A stretch of 64,000 nt of DNA, taken from assembly GCA_964106645.2 (NCBI GenBank), contig OZ067040.1. The stretch is one strand, 5' to 3'. Below, piece by piece: positions 1 to 14,084 of this stretch. Under the pieces are notes generated by a model that was not told the DNA's origin, ran no database searches, and worked only from the letters and a program-made list of their open reading frames with translations. Every line of letters begins with the position of its first letter. Position 1 is the stretch's first letter. This DNA is from Podarcis pityusensis (Eukaryota). Made by a program: the position numbers and the translations under genes.

Positions 1-3000
1 TGTTCTAGAGTGTTTTCACAACCAAGACAATACTTACCAATTTGCAACCCTCACTGTCTGTTTCAAACCAGATCCCCACCCCCTGAAATTTGCCTCTGGA
101 CCACAAACAGCCCATGTAATGGTGGGATAGAGTTGAGGAGCTGCCTCCCCAGTATTGGCGTTGCCACAGCATACCTGGATGGAGCTGGGTCAGGACAGGG
201 TGCAGGTGAGGTCAAGGGATGTGTAGGCATGCTTGCAGCACCAGACTGGCAACCACATAGCCATAACCTTACTGCTGCCCGGCTCGCCCCCAGGACACAG
301 GAAGTGTCATGTAGGCACCTCTGCCCTACCACACAAGCTGTTACTGCTTTGACCACCACCGCCCCCCCCCCCAAATCCCACCATGTTATCCAGTGCTTGA
401 ATTATTGGTGGAGGGGGAGAGCTGTGACATTGAGTGCCCTTTAATGTAATTCACATGAACTTTTACCAAAACATGGCCGCCACCAAAGTCTTCTAAAGGC
501 AGTAGATAAAATGGCCAGCACAGAAAAAGGTAATGAACCAGTACCCCTCTGGCTTTCTTGTAATTTGAGCCCTGAAGCCACATCCACCACTACTAAGATG
601 TTATGTCTGACTTCATTCCATTGTGTGTCCAAGCAGATCATTCTATTATTTGCCCAAGTAGATGGGGAGAAAGACTGGGCAGGAAGGACAAAGAAAAGAC
701 TATCTCCATCCGGCTGTGTATTGTATTATCATGCTGAGAGCCTCTTTCTGCATCAGTTTGCACTTAAAGGGGTAGGGGAGCCAACATGAAAATTCATTTT
801 CATGCATGTTTCTCCTCACTTACATATTTTTGTATGCAGTTTCACCTAGGAGACATGTTTTTGCAAGTTGTTTTATCTAATATACACATTCCGTATGTTT
901 TTATTATTATTGGAGAACTGCACTACGCCCAAAAATAGGAAAACACAGATTTTGAAAAATGGCCACATTTCATTTTTTTGTTTGAGAAGTGTAAACTTGG
1001 TATGAAGTGAAGGCCCAAGACAGGTGTTGATCATCATGTGAGCTTCGCACAGGTGGTCTGAAGCGAGCTGCTGCCATTCCTGTGGAGCCTCCTTTTATTG
1101 AGACAAATATGCAAGCCTGGCAAATACATTTTGGGCTGTGACCTTTACACATCTTCCGTCCCAAGATCGTGGGGTGGTACAAAGCTACTTTGGCACCTGT
1201 TCCACAGCATCATTTTCCCCTTGCACAGTGTATGACGAAGAAGACAAAAGGTCTCAGGGAAAAAAGGTCACAGACAGGACACCGCTGACTGCTGAGACCG
1301 CAAAAGGTCAGACATAGGGGACGATGTTCCAACAGCCGTGGCTTGTCTGAGGGGGAGTTTGCCCTGCACCCCAGGGTCATGTGTGCAGGCAGACTATGGC
1401 TGCCTGCTGGTGGAAAGTGTGCTCCCTCCGGACCCCACTGTCCACTCCGCGATATCCCTACATTGGTAGGTTTGTATTAAAATGCATACTGCATTGACTT
1501 TCTCAGCCATCTATTAATTAGCAGGGTGTATTCCTAGTCCTTGCCTTACAGCACCTGCACCTTTAAATGGTTATTCATCCAGAACTTAATGTGGTCACGT
1601 CTTGCTTAGGTAGATCCTAACCAGAGCCTGCATTCAGTGCCAGGGCTCAGTTCAGAAAGGAATTTTGGCTTTTAAAAGAGTTCGGATATTTCTCCCTTCA
1701 TCCTTGCATAGTTGCAACTATTCTGTGCACACCTGGTATCAGGGCAAGATATCCATGACAAAGAGCACTTTTTCAAAGCAGGTTTCATAGGATGAATCAA
1801 ACAATGAATGTACTCAGAGGATGGGGCAGAGATTTAGAAAAACCCTTGGCCAGTGCTACTTAAGTGAATGTGGGCAAAATTTATAATATATGAAAATTAT
1901 ATTTAGTTTTCCGTCATTCCGAGTAGCTTTCAGAATTACACACAAATTTTGATAGTATCACAAATTATTAGAACACTGTTTGAATTTTTCACAAAACTTT
2001 CCTTCATCAAGATAACCTAAGCATACCAATTGTATGTTTAGACTCTGCATTTATGTAATCACTACAGTCTGCAATCAACTACATGCATAAGCATCTGCAG
2101 GTAGGAAAGGGCTCTCTTTTCATAAATAAAATCAACACAGCAGTTAGTTTGTTTTGGGGCTTTTTTACTCAGACTAAAGCACATAGCTGCCATTCATTAG
2201 AATACTGCATGCGTTAGAAGCATAGCCGATATTTATATAACAACTAACAGACACAGATTATGCACTAACAAAAGCTTCTGTATGTCACACATGATTATAT
2301 TAAACTGCAACCCTAAATACTGTTCCTAGGGAGTGGAACCCATGGAACACAGTGGGCCTTCCCTCTGAGTAAGCAAGCATACATCAGATTGTGATGCACA
2401 TGAAAGAAGTCGCTTTCCTCTCCAAAAGCTACACAGGAGTGCATTGGCGGCCTCCAATGTGAACTGGCAAACCCCGCTGAAGATCTAACGTGTTGCTTTA
2501 CTGCATTGCTTCCACTTGGCTACACCAGTCAGCTCAGGTTTGAGTAAAATCATTGACTGAACTGCACAAATAACACATTGACCTGAATTTTCCCAATGCC
2601 TTTTTGGTACTCCCGTAGCCCGGAGCAAAATATTAATGTTTAGGTACAGGGAGGAAAGCTTTTTTAAATGGGTTGGCTGCCATGTCTAACATTTTTCCAA
2701 GTTTCTAGGCAATTGCCTTGCTTTTTCCAAAAAGACAGCCGGGTAAATGGATACAAATATACCCAGAACTGCTGAAAATAGATCACACAACTCAGTGCAG
2801 AAAAAGGGTTTGGCTTTATAACGCTGCATAGCAGATCTCAAAATATTTTTTCCTTTTTTAAAAATCTAGATCAAAGCTGTCAGAACAAGATTCTTGATAG
2901 CTGCTTTAATAAATAGCCAAAAGATGGATTGACTGACATGTTTTTAAAGAAGCAGGTATGAATCACTCTGTCATAGGGCCAGTTCATGTGTGTCCCACTG

Positions 3001-3479
3001 TCAAAATTTTACATGCATCAAGTAATTAAGAGAATAACACATATATGAGAGCATGAGGGCCCAACCTGCAAATTTGTTCTTACAGAATGCATGGGATGGA
3101 CATGGGTGTATACATGACTTCTATATCTCATGGTACATTGAGTTTGCACACAGAAAATCGCAACTGAACTAGTCCCAGCTGGAATGATAATACCTTTGTC
3201 CCATTTGCTCATCCATCCATGCCCAGTCACAGACAACCAATTGGTTTGAATTCTAATAATACATTGGACAACATGTGGTTCCTCTTTGTCCTTAGCGTCT
3301 CTCATCCAGGCAAGTAAAATCATGCCATGCATTTATTTGTGTGGATTCAATTGTTATTTGTGCCGCAAGATTTTTGCCTACTCATGAAAGGCTGTTCTAA
3401 ACAGCAGTATCGAGTAGGTATAGGTGTCTGCAGTGATGGGAAGAAGCCTTTACACATTCAAATTCCATGTGACTTAGAA

Positions 3480-3795
3480 CCCATGAGGCAACTGCCTCAG
3501 GCAGCAGATCTGGCCTCCAAGGAATGCAATGCCCACTGCTGCTGTTGTAGTGGCGGCAACAGCGGCAGCACACTCCGCAGAGGCCGGATCTGCCCCCACA
3601 ATGCCTCCTTTACAGCTGTCTCTTGGCAAATAGGAGGTTTGCTGGCCTCCTCCCGTCCTTGTTCCTGATGTAATCTTTATTCCCCCCCTTGTTTCTGATG
3701 TAGATCTTCACTCGCTCCTTCTTCCCTTGTCGGGATAGTTGGAGGCGCCATTTTGTGGTTAGCCTCAGGTGCCATAATGCCTTGGGCCAGCCCTG
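3480..3795. repeat. Dispersed repeat, probably hAT-derived (CAGGGCYGGC-type end)
   Basis: GCCTCAGGCAG ... CCATTTTGTG...GCCTCAGGTGCCA...GCCAGCCCTG shared with ~6620-6808 and ~38970-39160. Confidence 0.6.
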
Positions 3796-4830
3796 ACCCC
3801 CGTCGTGCAGGTTTTCAAGTCATATGGAAGCCTTTGTGTGTATATGAAAGCTCCTCCCTTGCAGTTATTTGCAACGCACCAGGGGAGGAGGGGCTCCTCT
3901 GTATGCATAATACTGTACTCCTTGTCTGTGCTGGCAGACATATCTTCTGAAGAGGGATTACACAGAAACCGTTTATACTAGCTTGCATGCAAGATCTGGG
4001 AAGTGTGGAGTGGCTGAAAGTAGACAGGACAGAGGATATAGGAGAAAGGAGGGGTTTTATCTTATTATGCAGATGAGAATAAATATATGGAGGAGGAAGC
4101 CTTTGCCCAAGGCCACACAGAAATGCAAATGTCCCAAGGCCCATGCCTCATCAAAAATGTATGAATCCTTTCTATAGTACACCAAAGTATCCCCAAACCT
4201 TTTGCAAACGTAACTATCTTGTAAAAATAACTGCCAGGCACAGCAAAATGAACCCACAAAACAACACTTCAGGGGCTGAAAAACAGAAGAGAATGTTAAG
4301 TGCTATTCATCGAGTAGTAGAAAGTGTGTCAGTTGAGCATGTTCACAAGATCACCCAATAAAGATAAACATATTCAGCAGAAGAAGGGGAGCTGAGTTGG
4401 CAAAGTAGAGAGTACCGCTTCAGTCTGTTGATGACAAATGGCCGTTTCTAATGCTTGCCTACGTAATATCGCTCTGCAAGTTGAGCCCCTAGAAAACCGA
4501 CCACTGAAACTTCAAGCCCATACTGCTCCACACTGCATTGCCTTTCTCATGGCAGAGAGTTTTTAATGGAGGGCAGCAGTAGAAGAAATGTGCCTCTCAC
4601 CTGATTCTAAAACTTCAGCGCACTTTACCTCCTCAACCTGCTGCCTATATTGACTTACAATGTTTTTGAAGGAAGACTTCTATTCCCACCCTTGTTCATC
4701 ATATGCAGCATTGTTTTTGTTCTGCTGCTGTTTGCCTTCCTACAAAAACTACATTTTCCGTCTTGCTGTCTACCGCGGCAGAATTTTAAATAATTAACTG
4801 CAAAATTATGGCTTTTTGTTGTTGTTACCT

Positions 4831-5056
4831 GTTACTAGGCAGAGGGCCTTCTCGGTAGTGGCGCCCGCCCTGTGTAACGCCCTCCCATCAGATGTCAAAG
4901 CGATAAACAACTACCTGACATTCAGAAGACATCTGAAGGCAGCCCTATTCAGGGAAGTTTTTAATATGTGGCATTTTAGTGTATTTTTCATCTTTGTTGG
5001 AAGCCGCCCAGAGTGGCTGGGGAAACCCAGCCAGATGGGCGGGGTACAAATAATAA

Positions 5057-5095
<39 letters not shown>
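4831..5095 (+). mobile_element. 5'-truncated L2-clade LINE: ORF2 C-terminus, 3'UTR stem-loop, (TAT)n tail
   Basis: Encodes RQRAFSVVAPALCNALP...FRRHLKAALF (L2 RAFSxxAPxLWNxLP motif); 3' hairpin; TAT microsatellite tail. Confidence 0.88.
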
Positions 5096-8083
5096 GTTAT
5101 CCTGCAGCATTCACTTCAAAGCAAGGCCATTAAGTTCACTGTAAAGGAAGCACAATGCAAATTGGAGGGGGTGGGGATCATCAATGATGTATCATTTGAG
5201 GTCTCAAAACATCAATAACAGTGAACACTGATTCGGTTCACTGTTTTGGACATGGTGCAATTAAGTGCACACCGGTACTTTCTAATCCCGTTTCCATCAG
5301 AATTCTCTGACTTTCCTAAAGTAGCCTGAATGAATAACCTATTAGCAACTAATAAAAACCATTTAATGAGTCTAATCTTACTGGGTTAAGTCCAGAGTGC
5401 GGCTTCAGTGGACAGACGGACCTTGTTATGTTCACAGAAGGGGCTTTTATCCAGCAGAGACTTCCACTGGAGGAACAAGGACGGGGCAATTTCCAGTGGT
5501 TCTCCCTTATACCCATTTTTTGTAACTCCCACACTGTCCTGTAGCATTACCTAACCCTCCTGGGAAGCCTTTTCTTTAATAGCATAGAGGGGCTGCAGCG
5601 GGAAGGAGGAATCAGAGAAAATTGCCACACACACCCCTCGCTCAGGGGTGAGGGAAGCTGGTGGCTCCAATAGCAGAACTGCTACCAAGGTGTGGTCAAG
5701 GCCTAGTCAGTAGGGTGGCCAGTTATGCATTGCCTAAAAAAAGATCTGTGTTACCCCCCCAAAAAAACCCGAGGCACCAATTTGCATATGGTAACTTATA
5801 TGTATAGGTACAAATATAGAAGTAATTACTATAATTTAAATAGAAACACAGTATCTCTCACCACAGTTGGGAAGAAGCCAGGTGACCGATGTGCTTGCTC
5901 AATCTGCTGCTAACTGTTGATCAACAGCTTGAAGGCTCCTGCTGTACTTCTAGATGGTTCTTTATAGTTAAACCTTGCTTTGGCCTTATCTGCATTATGC
6001 ATTTAAAGCAGCATCATAGCACAGCCATGGCTTCCTTCAAAGATCCCAGGAGAGGCAGTGCTGAGAGTTGTTTAGTAGGCCTCTCATTTCCCTCAGAGAG
6101 CTACAGAGTTCCCTGGGAAGAGGGATTGGTTGTTAAACTTCAGCTTCTGCAGAGTTACTGCGTCATGCATGTTCAGACCATGCACTCTTTAACCTACCAT
6201 TTCTGGTAATCTATCCCCATGAAGAAAGAGTATAAAAATATCATGAATGGTGAGATGTACTATTAATTACCTCACAACATATTTTATCTCTTATGTCTCT
6301 TCTCAGGATAATTTAGAACCATTTATTTTCCCTTCAAGTATTTCTTCCTTTCTTTTTTAAAGAAAATGGTAGTAAAAAGAAACTGTGCTCTTGTGAACAA
6401 CTGCAACAAAGTAATTAAAAGTATTAGGGGAAACACTGATATAATATGAGGTTAGAATGTTTATAGATCTTCAGATTACAAATTTGCTTCAAGTGCCCTA
6501 GGGCAGCCTTTCTCAATTTGGAGTCTCCAGATGTTGTTGGGCTGCAGTTCCCATCATCCCTGAGCACTGGTCCAGCTAGCTAGGGATGATGGGAGTTTAT
6601 TCCCCCGGGAATAAACTAGGCCAGGCCTGCTAATAGGCAGAGTCAGTTGCCTCAGGCAGTCAGTTTTGAGTGTCATAAAAGGGCAGTTAAATTGTTATTT
6701 AATGTAATACTATTGTTTTCTGTTTTGTTTTTTTACTGCCAGGAAAGGAGAGAAGCACTTGTGGCATTTGCTGCCTCAGGTGTCAGAAAATAACTTGACC
6801 GGCCTTGGGTACTTGGCTTCCAAAGGGAGTGTGTCATGGGCTACCCCATTTCAGGCAGCAAAATGTATTGGGCCAGCCCTGGGGGTAGAAGAAAGAAGCC
6901 AGAGTTCTACCAAATGAAGTCAGTGGGCTGCCCAAGTATGATGCAAAGTGAGATGTGTCTACCCTGTGAAGAATGTTAGCAGTACCCTCATTCCCAAAGA
7001 TGGCAGATCTCAGTACAAAACTCAGCACCCTCTTCCCATTTATTGCGGAAGTTTTGCTTTCCTGTAAGGAAAAAGAATAATAGATTGCCATTACTGAGGA
7101 GATATAACTCTCCTTTATTTTCCTTGGAAGAGCAACCACAATAACTCACCCAAGAATAGTTATCTTCCAGTAAATATCTAACTCAAGCAGGGTGGTGGTG
7201 ATGACAAACGATATGAATCTAGCAAAGCAATGTTATAAAGATCAATATTTCCAACCACTTGAGGGGTGTATGTCTCTGTGCGTATCTCTCAGCACGCACC
7301 CCATCCCCTACCAGGTAAAAAAACAATATTTCAAATGTATTCTGCAGCTTCAGACTCTTGTTAATGGTAAGCAAAGAAATGCTACTTTAGTTCACTGAGC
7401 TAAGAGCTAACTAGAATGCTGTGAGCACAAATTTTAATCTGGGACAAAGTCTCAAACATTACAGTATATAATGGGCACATTTTGCATGGCTGGATTTTCC
7501 CCTAAGAGATGAGGAATGGGGTGCTTGCTATTTCTGGGTTTAGGAAAGATGGTAACAAAAACAAAAAAAGTGGCTGCATGCTACTGTTTGTCAGGGAGGA
7601 GGCAGTTGTCTTCTACCTAGGCAATAACAGTATTAGTGAGAGAGTCAAACATTAATTCATGTGTAGTGTTTTCATGTTTGAGATGGCAGTTTGCCTGGAG
7701 GAATTACCCTGTAATTGTTGTCTGTGGTATCAACTGGAAATTTAGATCAATCAGTGATAAGGCATGAGAAACACCGGTATCAGAAATATTCCCTTGCAAC
7801 TTGGCACCAGACTTGAATGTATAGCTTTCTCAATGTAAGGCTGCAAGGAATAATTCACAAAGGAAATCAATAATATTTTAAGAAATTGCCTAATACCTGC
7901 AGCAACTTTAGTAGAATTGTGCTTGCCGACAATGTCTTTCCTGTTCTGTGGACAAATACCTCAGAGAAAAATTCCTGGCTTGTCTCCCAATCCTACATCT
8001 AGTAGCTTATTTTCAAAGCGACTTCAGTGTTGAGTCCAGAAGAAATTGCACTTTTCCCTGCTGCCATGTTCACAAGCAGATGC

Positions 8084-8084
<1 letters not shown>

Positions 8085-8116
<32 letters not shown>
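8085..8116. repeat. (CA)n microsatellite
   Basis: Direct observation. Confidence 0.95.
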
Positions 8117-8119
<3 letters not shown>

Positions 8120-8167
8120 CATCATTCTGTTCAACAAGATACCTGTGAGAAACCTGCAAGCAGGATT

Positions 8168-8335
8168 CGAGCACTCTCCCTTTCTATAGCTTCCAGGAAC
8201 TGGTATTCAGAAGTATTGCTGACTCCAGCTGTGGAGGCAGAGCTTAGCCATCATGGCTGGTAGCTGTCGATAGACCTCTCCTCCCTAAATTTGTCTAACC
8301 CTCTTTTAAAGCCATCTAAGTTGGAGGCCATCCCT
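8168..8335 (-). mobile_element. CR1 LINE fragment
   Basis: AATTTGTCTAACCCTCTTTTAAAGCCATCTAAGTTGG is the reverse of the CR1 ORF2 end (xLDGFKRGLDKFxE). Confidence 0.7.
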
Positions 8336-10659
8336 GCTGCTGCCTCAGAGAGAGAAGGAGAAACTCTGTTTTATTCCAGACATTAAAACAGGGCTTACAT
8401 CAATAACTGCATAATTAACATCACTAATGAACAGAAATTCTGCTTTCTCACACAAAGAGAGGGGATAGATAACATCCCCTGGAAGTTAGACTTAGACCAA
8501 TTCTTTCTTTCTTTTTTTAGACATATGTTCCTAAAGGATCTTGAAATCCCATCCCAAAATTGAATTGACCTATTGCTGCAGCATGTTAATTTACAACTGA
8601 ATATAGCGATAGGGGCATATCTCTATATTGAGGTCAAAAGGGTTGTTCCGAAATGAAAGCATACTCTTGGGCCATCATTATGGGAATTTATGATAATAGC
8701 TAATTAGTACCAGCCTGGAAATTAGCATTTGTTGCCCCCACGAGTGGGGAAAACCAGTGTATGCTCTGAAATTCAAAGGGACTGTCTGAATTCATCCATG
8801 GGCGTGCTGGAAGCTCACATATTTGTTTTATTTATTCCCTGCCTTACACCTTAAACAAGAATGAGATTTGGGGTTTTGCTACTTCAGAATGCGGAACGTG
8901 GTCAGAGAAAGTCATCGTAAAGAAAACTCCCAATGTTAACTAAGTCAGCACATTATGGAGAGGACCACTACCATGTCAGAGATGAGGGGCAAGGTTTACC
9001 TTATTGTCACTGGATATCATTGACTTCATCTACCCAGAGTTCTGTCTCTTGGCCTGGTGCTAGAAGCCGTAGGTCCACATGTTGCTCATGTGTAAGGCAC
9101 TCACAGTTTGAAACAGAGGTGGGTGCCACACACATGCTCCTGTGCCAGCTCTAGCCTCACCCTGTGCTGTGCATAGTCAGCTATGGAGGAACCCCTTACA
9201 TGTGAGCTTCTCTTTACATGCAGGGGGATCCGCATGATCAGGATACCCACACAGCTGCATGGCACCCCAGCTACAATTAGCCCAGGAATGTGGTGTTGGC
9301 AGCCCCGTTCCTGCTTCAAACTGTGCTTTACACATGAGTGATGCATAAATATAGCTGGAGCGTGATGGATTTGGGACTTAAGAGAATGGGAATGTGGCTG
9401 AATGTCAGGAACTGGTTATCCTGGATGTGGATAGCACATTTATGTTTGTGTTATTGCCCTGCTTCCAGTTGGGATGAATCCTATGCATCAGGAGAAACTG
9501 CAAGAGTACATTTTGTGATGCTTCAAAGCCAGCAAAGTATGTTGCCACTAAGTTCCACCCAGAGTAGACTCATTGAAATTAATCACTTTGTCATGTCCAG
9601 TAATGGCAATGGATCTACTCTAAGTAGGACTAGCATAGGATACCTACCCAGTATCTTCTGGTGGACGCTGTCTTATATGGGTGAGCCCTGGTTGCTTTAT
9701 CTAGTTACAGAGGGCAGTGGTACTTTGATCGGCTTAGGTTTTTGATAGCTGCTGTTTTAATTTCCTGTAAGGTCTCTGGTAGTGGGCAAACATGAAGCTT
9801 GTGGAAACTACTTTGGGTTTTTTCCTTGACCCCCCCCCAAAAAAAGTCCCCCAGTTGGGGCCAAGTGGAAGACAGTAGCTTAGAAAGCAGGATACACATA
9901 TACTCTGGGGTGGCTTGATCTAATTTTAAGTGTATCTCAGCCCAGGACTTTGTTTTCAGAATGAGGACTCAGCCAACCATTCTTTGATACAATAATCCAT
10001 TCCAGGTGGGTGGCTATTCCAATTCTGCCTGTTCTGTGAGGATACACAGGCATCTGACTGGACACTGCTGGAGACGAATGTTGCTCTGTATGGGATGTTT
10101 TTATCTTTCTCGTCCAGACTAAGGAAAAGCTATTCATATATTCTGATGTGCTGCCTAAATTAACAGGAGAAAAGGCAATTGAAACACACTCGGCAGCGTC
10201 TATGTTTGTCAATAACCACATAACAAGTATATTAGTTGTAATTCCTCAGCGTTCATCCTGAAATTGATAACTCTGTCAGAACAAGTAAGTAAATTAAAGT
10301 ACAGCATTCACTTATTATATGTCTAGCTCTTAGCCGGAAGAGTCCTTTACAACCCTCACAACATTCATCTTCAAAATGAAACTGTGAGGCAGGCCATTTG
10401 AAAAACACTCATTTTGCACAGAGAATTAACGTGAAAACCAGTGATTTGGGGTTTGAGAAGACACTTACCCAGTGGTGCAGCAGTAAAGTCTGGCGTGCAG
10501 GAGTTCATGACAACATAGCCCCATGGCCACTCATCCAATGAGAGCTCAAAAATGGCAGGCAGCTGTGTTGATTCTTGTAGAATAACTTCCAAAGAGCAGC
10601 ATTAGTGGCGTAATACCCAATTTATTGTCTAATAACAGTCAAAAAACAGTGACCTGACA

Positions 10660-10790
10660 AGGATAGTGGTGCGGTTCACACATTGGACTTCAGCTGGGGA
10701 GACCTGGGTCCACATCCCTGATCACCTGGGGTGTCGTCCCCCCCGGTGACATTGGGGTAGTCACTGAGCCTAGCCTATCTTAGCAAAGGA
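10660..10790 (+). mobile_element. Degraded tRNA-derived SINE (Squam3/MIR-like)
   Basis: TTGGACT...GGGAGACCTGGGTCCACATCCC...GGTGACATTGGGGTAGTCACT core-like sequence. Confidence 0.55.
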
Positions 10791-12824
10791 TCCTGTGCCA
10801 GGACAGATCTGTCCTCCAGCCCACCCACGCCCAGTTAAAACTCCTCCAACAGATGTCATAATTGCTTCTGCTGTGAATAAAGTACCAGAGTTGCACTTTC
10901 CCACATTTGTGGGGCAGGGGGATCACAGCAGTCCATCATCCATCGTTGGTGGAAAGGACCAATACTCCTCTAGCATTGAGGTGGCAAAATAGGCATACAA
11001 CTGAACAGCCATGAAGGAAAACTAGAAAGCTTGCCACATTAGCTATTGTTCTCTGGATGAAGGATGCAGTGCTTCAAAGTGTAGTAGGATAATTCTTACC
11101 ACTCACATATACATTATTATAAATAATCCATGGCTATGCCCCTGTTTTCTGGAGAAGACCACAGCCAACATGTCAGATTTCAATGATAAATGGGGTTTAT
11201 GGCTGCACCGGTCACTGAGAGTCAGAAGCTTTCTGTCAAAAAAGTTAGGTGATATGAGATCCTGTCTACAGCTGGACCTTACCTCCAGACCCATTAAAGT
11301 CATCACCATGCATCATAAATTCACTTTTGCTTGCAACCCTACTGCAGTGCTTTGAAGCCCTGCCAGGAAAGGTTCTTGACTAGAAAGCAACTCTAAGCGA
11401 AGTCACACAGCCTGGATTACGAAAAAGGATTTGTAAAGCTTCTTCCCGGATCCCGAACACCATCTTCTTTCAGTCACAACATGAACATGTTCTTTGTCCA
11501 GTCCAGTGTGAATCATCAAGGGAAGCCAATTTCAGAAGAGCAATTTGGTTTGATTTCTGTAAATGTAGGCAGATCTATGAAAATCCATGTGAATTCATCA
11601 CCATGGTAACTCTGCTTCGGTGGCTCTTTCTCTTTTAAATTGATCAGAGGTCACTAGCTAACTTATTGAGAGCTGGGTTGTTACGATGATGATGATTATT
11701 ATTATTATTAAATGTCCATACACACCCCTTCATAACTTTGAATATAGCAACATTTCTAAGAGCTTAAATTCTAAGACCTAGCCCAAAATAAAAAGGTGGA
11801 AGGAAAGCCGTTATGAAGATTTTAAAGTATGCAACACTCTATTGCCTTAACGGAGCAATCTTAGGGGAAGGAGTGGCAGTAGGCAAAGTGCAAAATCCAA
11901 AGCTTTGTTGGACTTGTGCCAGCTGGGTGGAAGGTAGGGTGGATGTGTTTTCTCCTTAAACTGCTCCCTCCCATTTTTCTGCCTTAAAAAGTCCTTTCTG
12001 TTATGCCCAGTTGGAAAGAAAATGTGTGTGCCAGTTCTGTTCCAAAGGCAAATCCAAAACTTCCCCTCACCCACTGCCCCCCCCCCGAACGCATCTTTTT
12101 TGCCCTTTCTGCTGTCAAAGTGCTGGTGGCTAAGAGTTCCACACTTGCAGCAAAGAGGCCTCCACTGGTAGACTTTCTGCTCCATAAAATCCAGCTCCTG
12201 GGCAGACTTCCTAGAGACAGCCTTCCCAGTGCACTCTAGATCGCACAACACTCAGGTTGAATTATTTATGGAGATGACAATTTGAAAAATGTTTGCATAA
12301 CCTGCTTCAGTTTGTCTTGGAATGTATATTTAAGAGTTTGTGCTTTTGCAGCTGAAGTTGTGCATAAGAGCCCTATTCAGGCATTAAAATGCAATGTTCA
12401 GAAGACTCAAGAGGGATCAGTGTGGATGAGTGTGTTAGCTCTCTCTCTCTCCCTCTCTCTCCCCCCCCCCCCACACTCTTCCCATCACATGGACTAATGG
12501 AACTGCACAAAGTGGGGAGCCCCCTGTATCCTTAAAGGCTCTTCACACAATTTTGAAACCTGATTTCCAGGGTTAGGAGCCCCTCCAAAGTAAATTTGAT
12601 TTATTATGCAAACTATCCATGCGAAAAAGCAATGAAGTACAGAGAGAGAGAATAACGTAAGTGCCGCCTAAATACAGCTGAAATCATTATTATGCATTTA
12701 GCATTTGTCAGTGATACGTTACAAACAAACAGGAGTAACAGTTAAATGTTACAAAATGGAATGCACTTCATTGGTGGCTAGAAAATGGCATGCCATGCAA
12801 CGTGAAATTTAGGGTGTCTTGTAC

Positions 12825-12961
12825 CAGGGGTGGCTAACCTGCACCCTCCAGATGCTGTTGAAGTAGAACTCCAAGCTCCCCAGACCACTGGCCATGCTGG
12901 CTGGGGCTGGTGGCGAATGAGCATTCAACAACATCTGGAGAACCAAAAGTTGGCCACCCTG
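12825..12961. mobile_element. Palindromic ~135-bp hAT-type MITE
   Basis: CAGGGGTGGCTAAC...CCAGATGCTGTTG...CAACAACATCTGG...GTTGGCCACCCTG. Other decayed copies at ~6506-6597, 19130-19200, 21865-21983, 25785-25882, 58715-58828. Confidence 0.75.
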
Positions 12962-13584
12962 ATCCTATATATATAATAATATGTAGCTGTACTGTGGTTA
13001 TATATATATATATATATATATGTTCTGCATATAAACAAAGCCTTGGAGTTTGGTTTCTCCACTCATTATGCTGCATGGGAAGCCAGTTTGGAAATGAGAG
13101 GAGCTTTCAAAAATAGTTTGTGATTATCAAACCCCTGCCTTTCCGGGCGGGGGGGGGGGGACCACTGACCACACCTAAAGTACCTTTTCGTACCTCAGAA
13201 AAGCAGCACATGCCCATTGAGAAATTATTTTTAAGTACAGGGAAGTGTATATCATCAAGAAAATGTGCAGCGTGTACTGAAGTGCATTGAAAGATAATGA
13301 AGTAAAATCAGTTTGTCTTTAAATTGCATGGCACCCCTAAGTTAAAGTCTGGTGAAATGAAAGCCCCGCAACCTTGTATTGATCCAGTTGGCATTTATGA
13401 TGGTGAGATACACAATGCCATGATGGCAAGAAGCACAAAGTGTTTTGCACAGTCATATTTCCAGACTATCACACTGCCTCACTTTAGGCTCTGCAGAACT
13501 TTGTAAGATGTTTGTTTCGTGAGTCTTGTTTTTTCAGTGAGTAGAGTGCTCTAGAATTGCTGGCACATTTACCCCATACAATTA

Positions 13585-14084
13585 CTGTATTTTTCGCTCT
13601 ATAAGACGCACATTTTCCCCTCCAGAAATTAAGGGGAAATGTGTGTGCGTCTTATGGAGCGAATGGAGGCTCCTTGGCTTCAGCGATAGCAACGTGAAGC
13701 CTCTGAAGCACAGTGGGAGCACTCCCGCCGCACTCCGGAGGCTTTGCGTTGCTTTCGCTGAAGCCTGGAGAGCGAGAGGGGTCGGTGCGCACCTCCGGGT
13801 GCGCACCTTCAGGATAGCCGCCTGAAGCCTCCAGAGCGCACCAGGAGCTCCCGCTGTGCTCCGGAGGCTTCAGGTTCCTTTTGCTGAAGGGTAGGTGCCC
13901 CTTCAGCTAAGGCGCAGCACCCCTTCAACTAAGCAGGAGGAGAAATGGAAGGGGATCCATTTCTCCTGCCGCTTTGCTGAAGGGGCGCTGCGCAGAGAGG
14001 GGGAGATCTTTTCCCCCTTGTTCTCCCCCTCTAAAACAAGGTGCATCCTATGTTCGGGTGCGTCCTATAGAGCGAAAAATACGG
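13585..14084. mobile_element. Tc1/mariner-superfamily (pogo/Tc2-like) MITE, 500 bp
   Basis: 27-bp TIRs C(C/T)GTATTTTTCGCTCTATA(A/G)GACGCAC, TA on both sides, GC-rich palindromic interior. Confidence 0.92.

Noticed and set aside
4816-5133. 105-aa ORF with a poly-Tyr tract
   Set aside because: It is an L2 ORF2 tail read through a (TAT)n microsatellite, not a gene.
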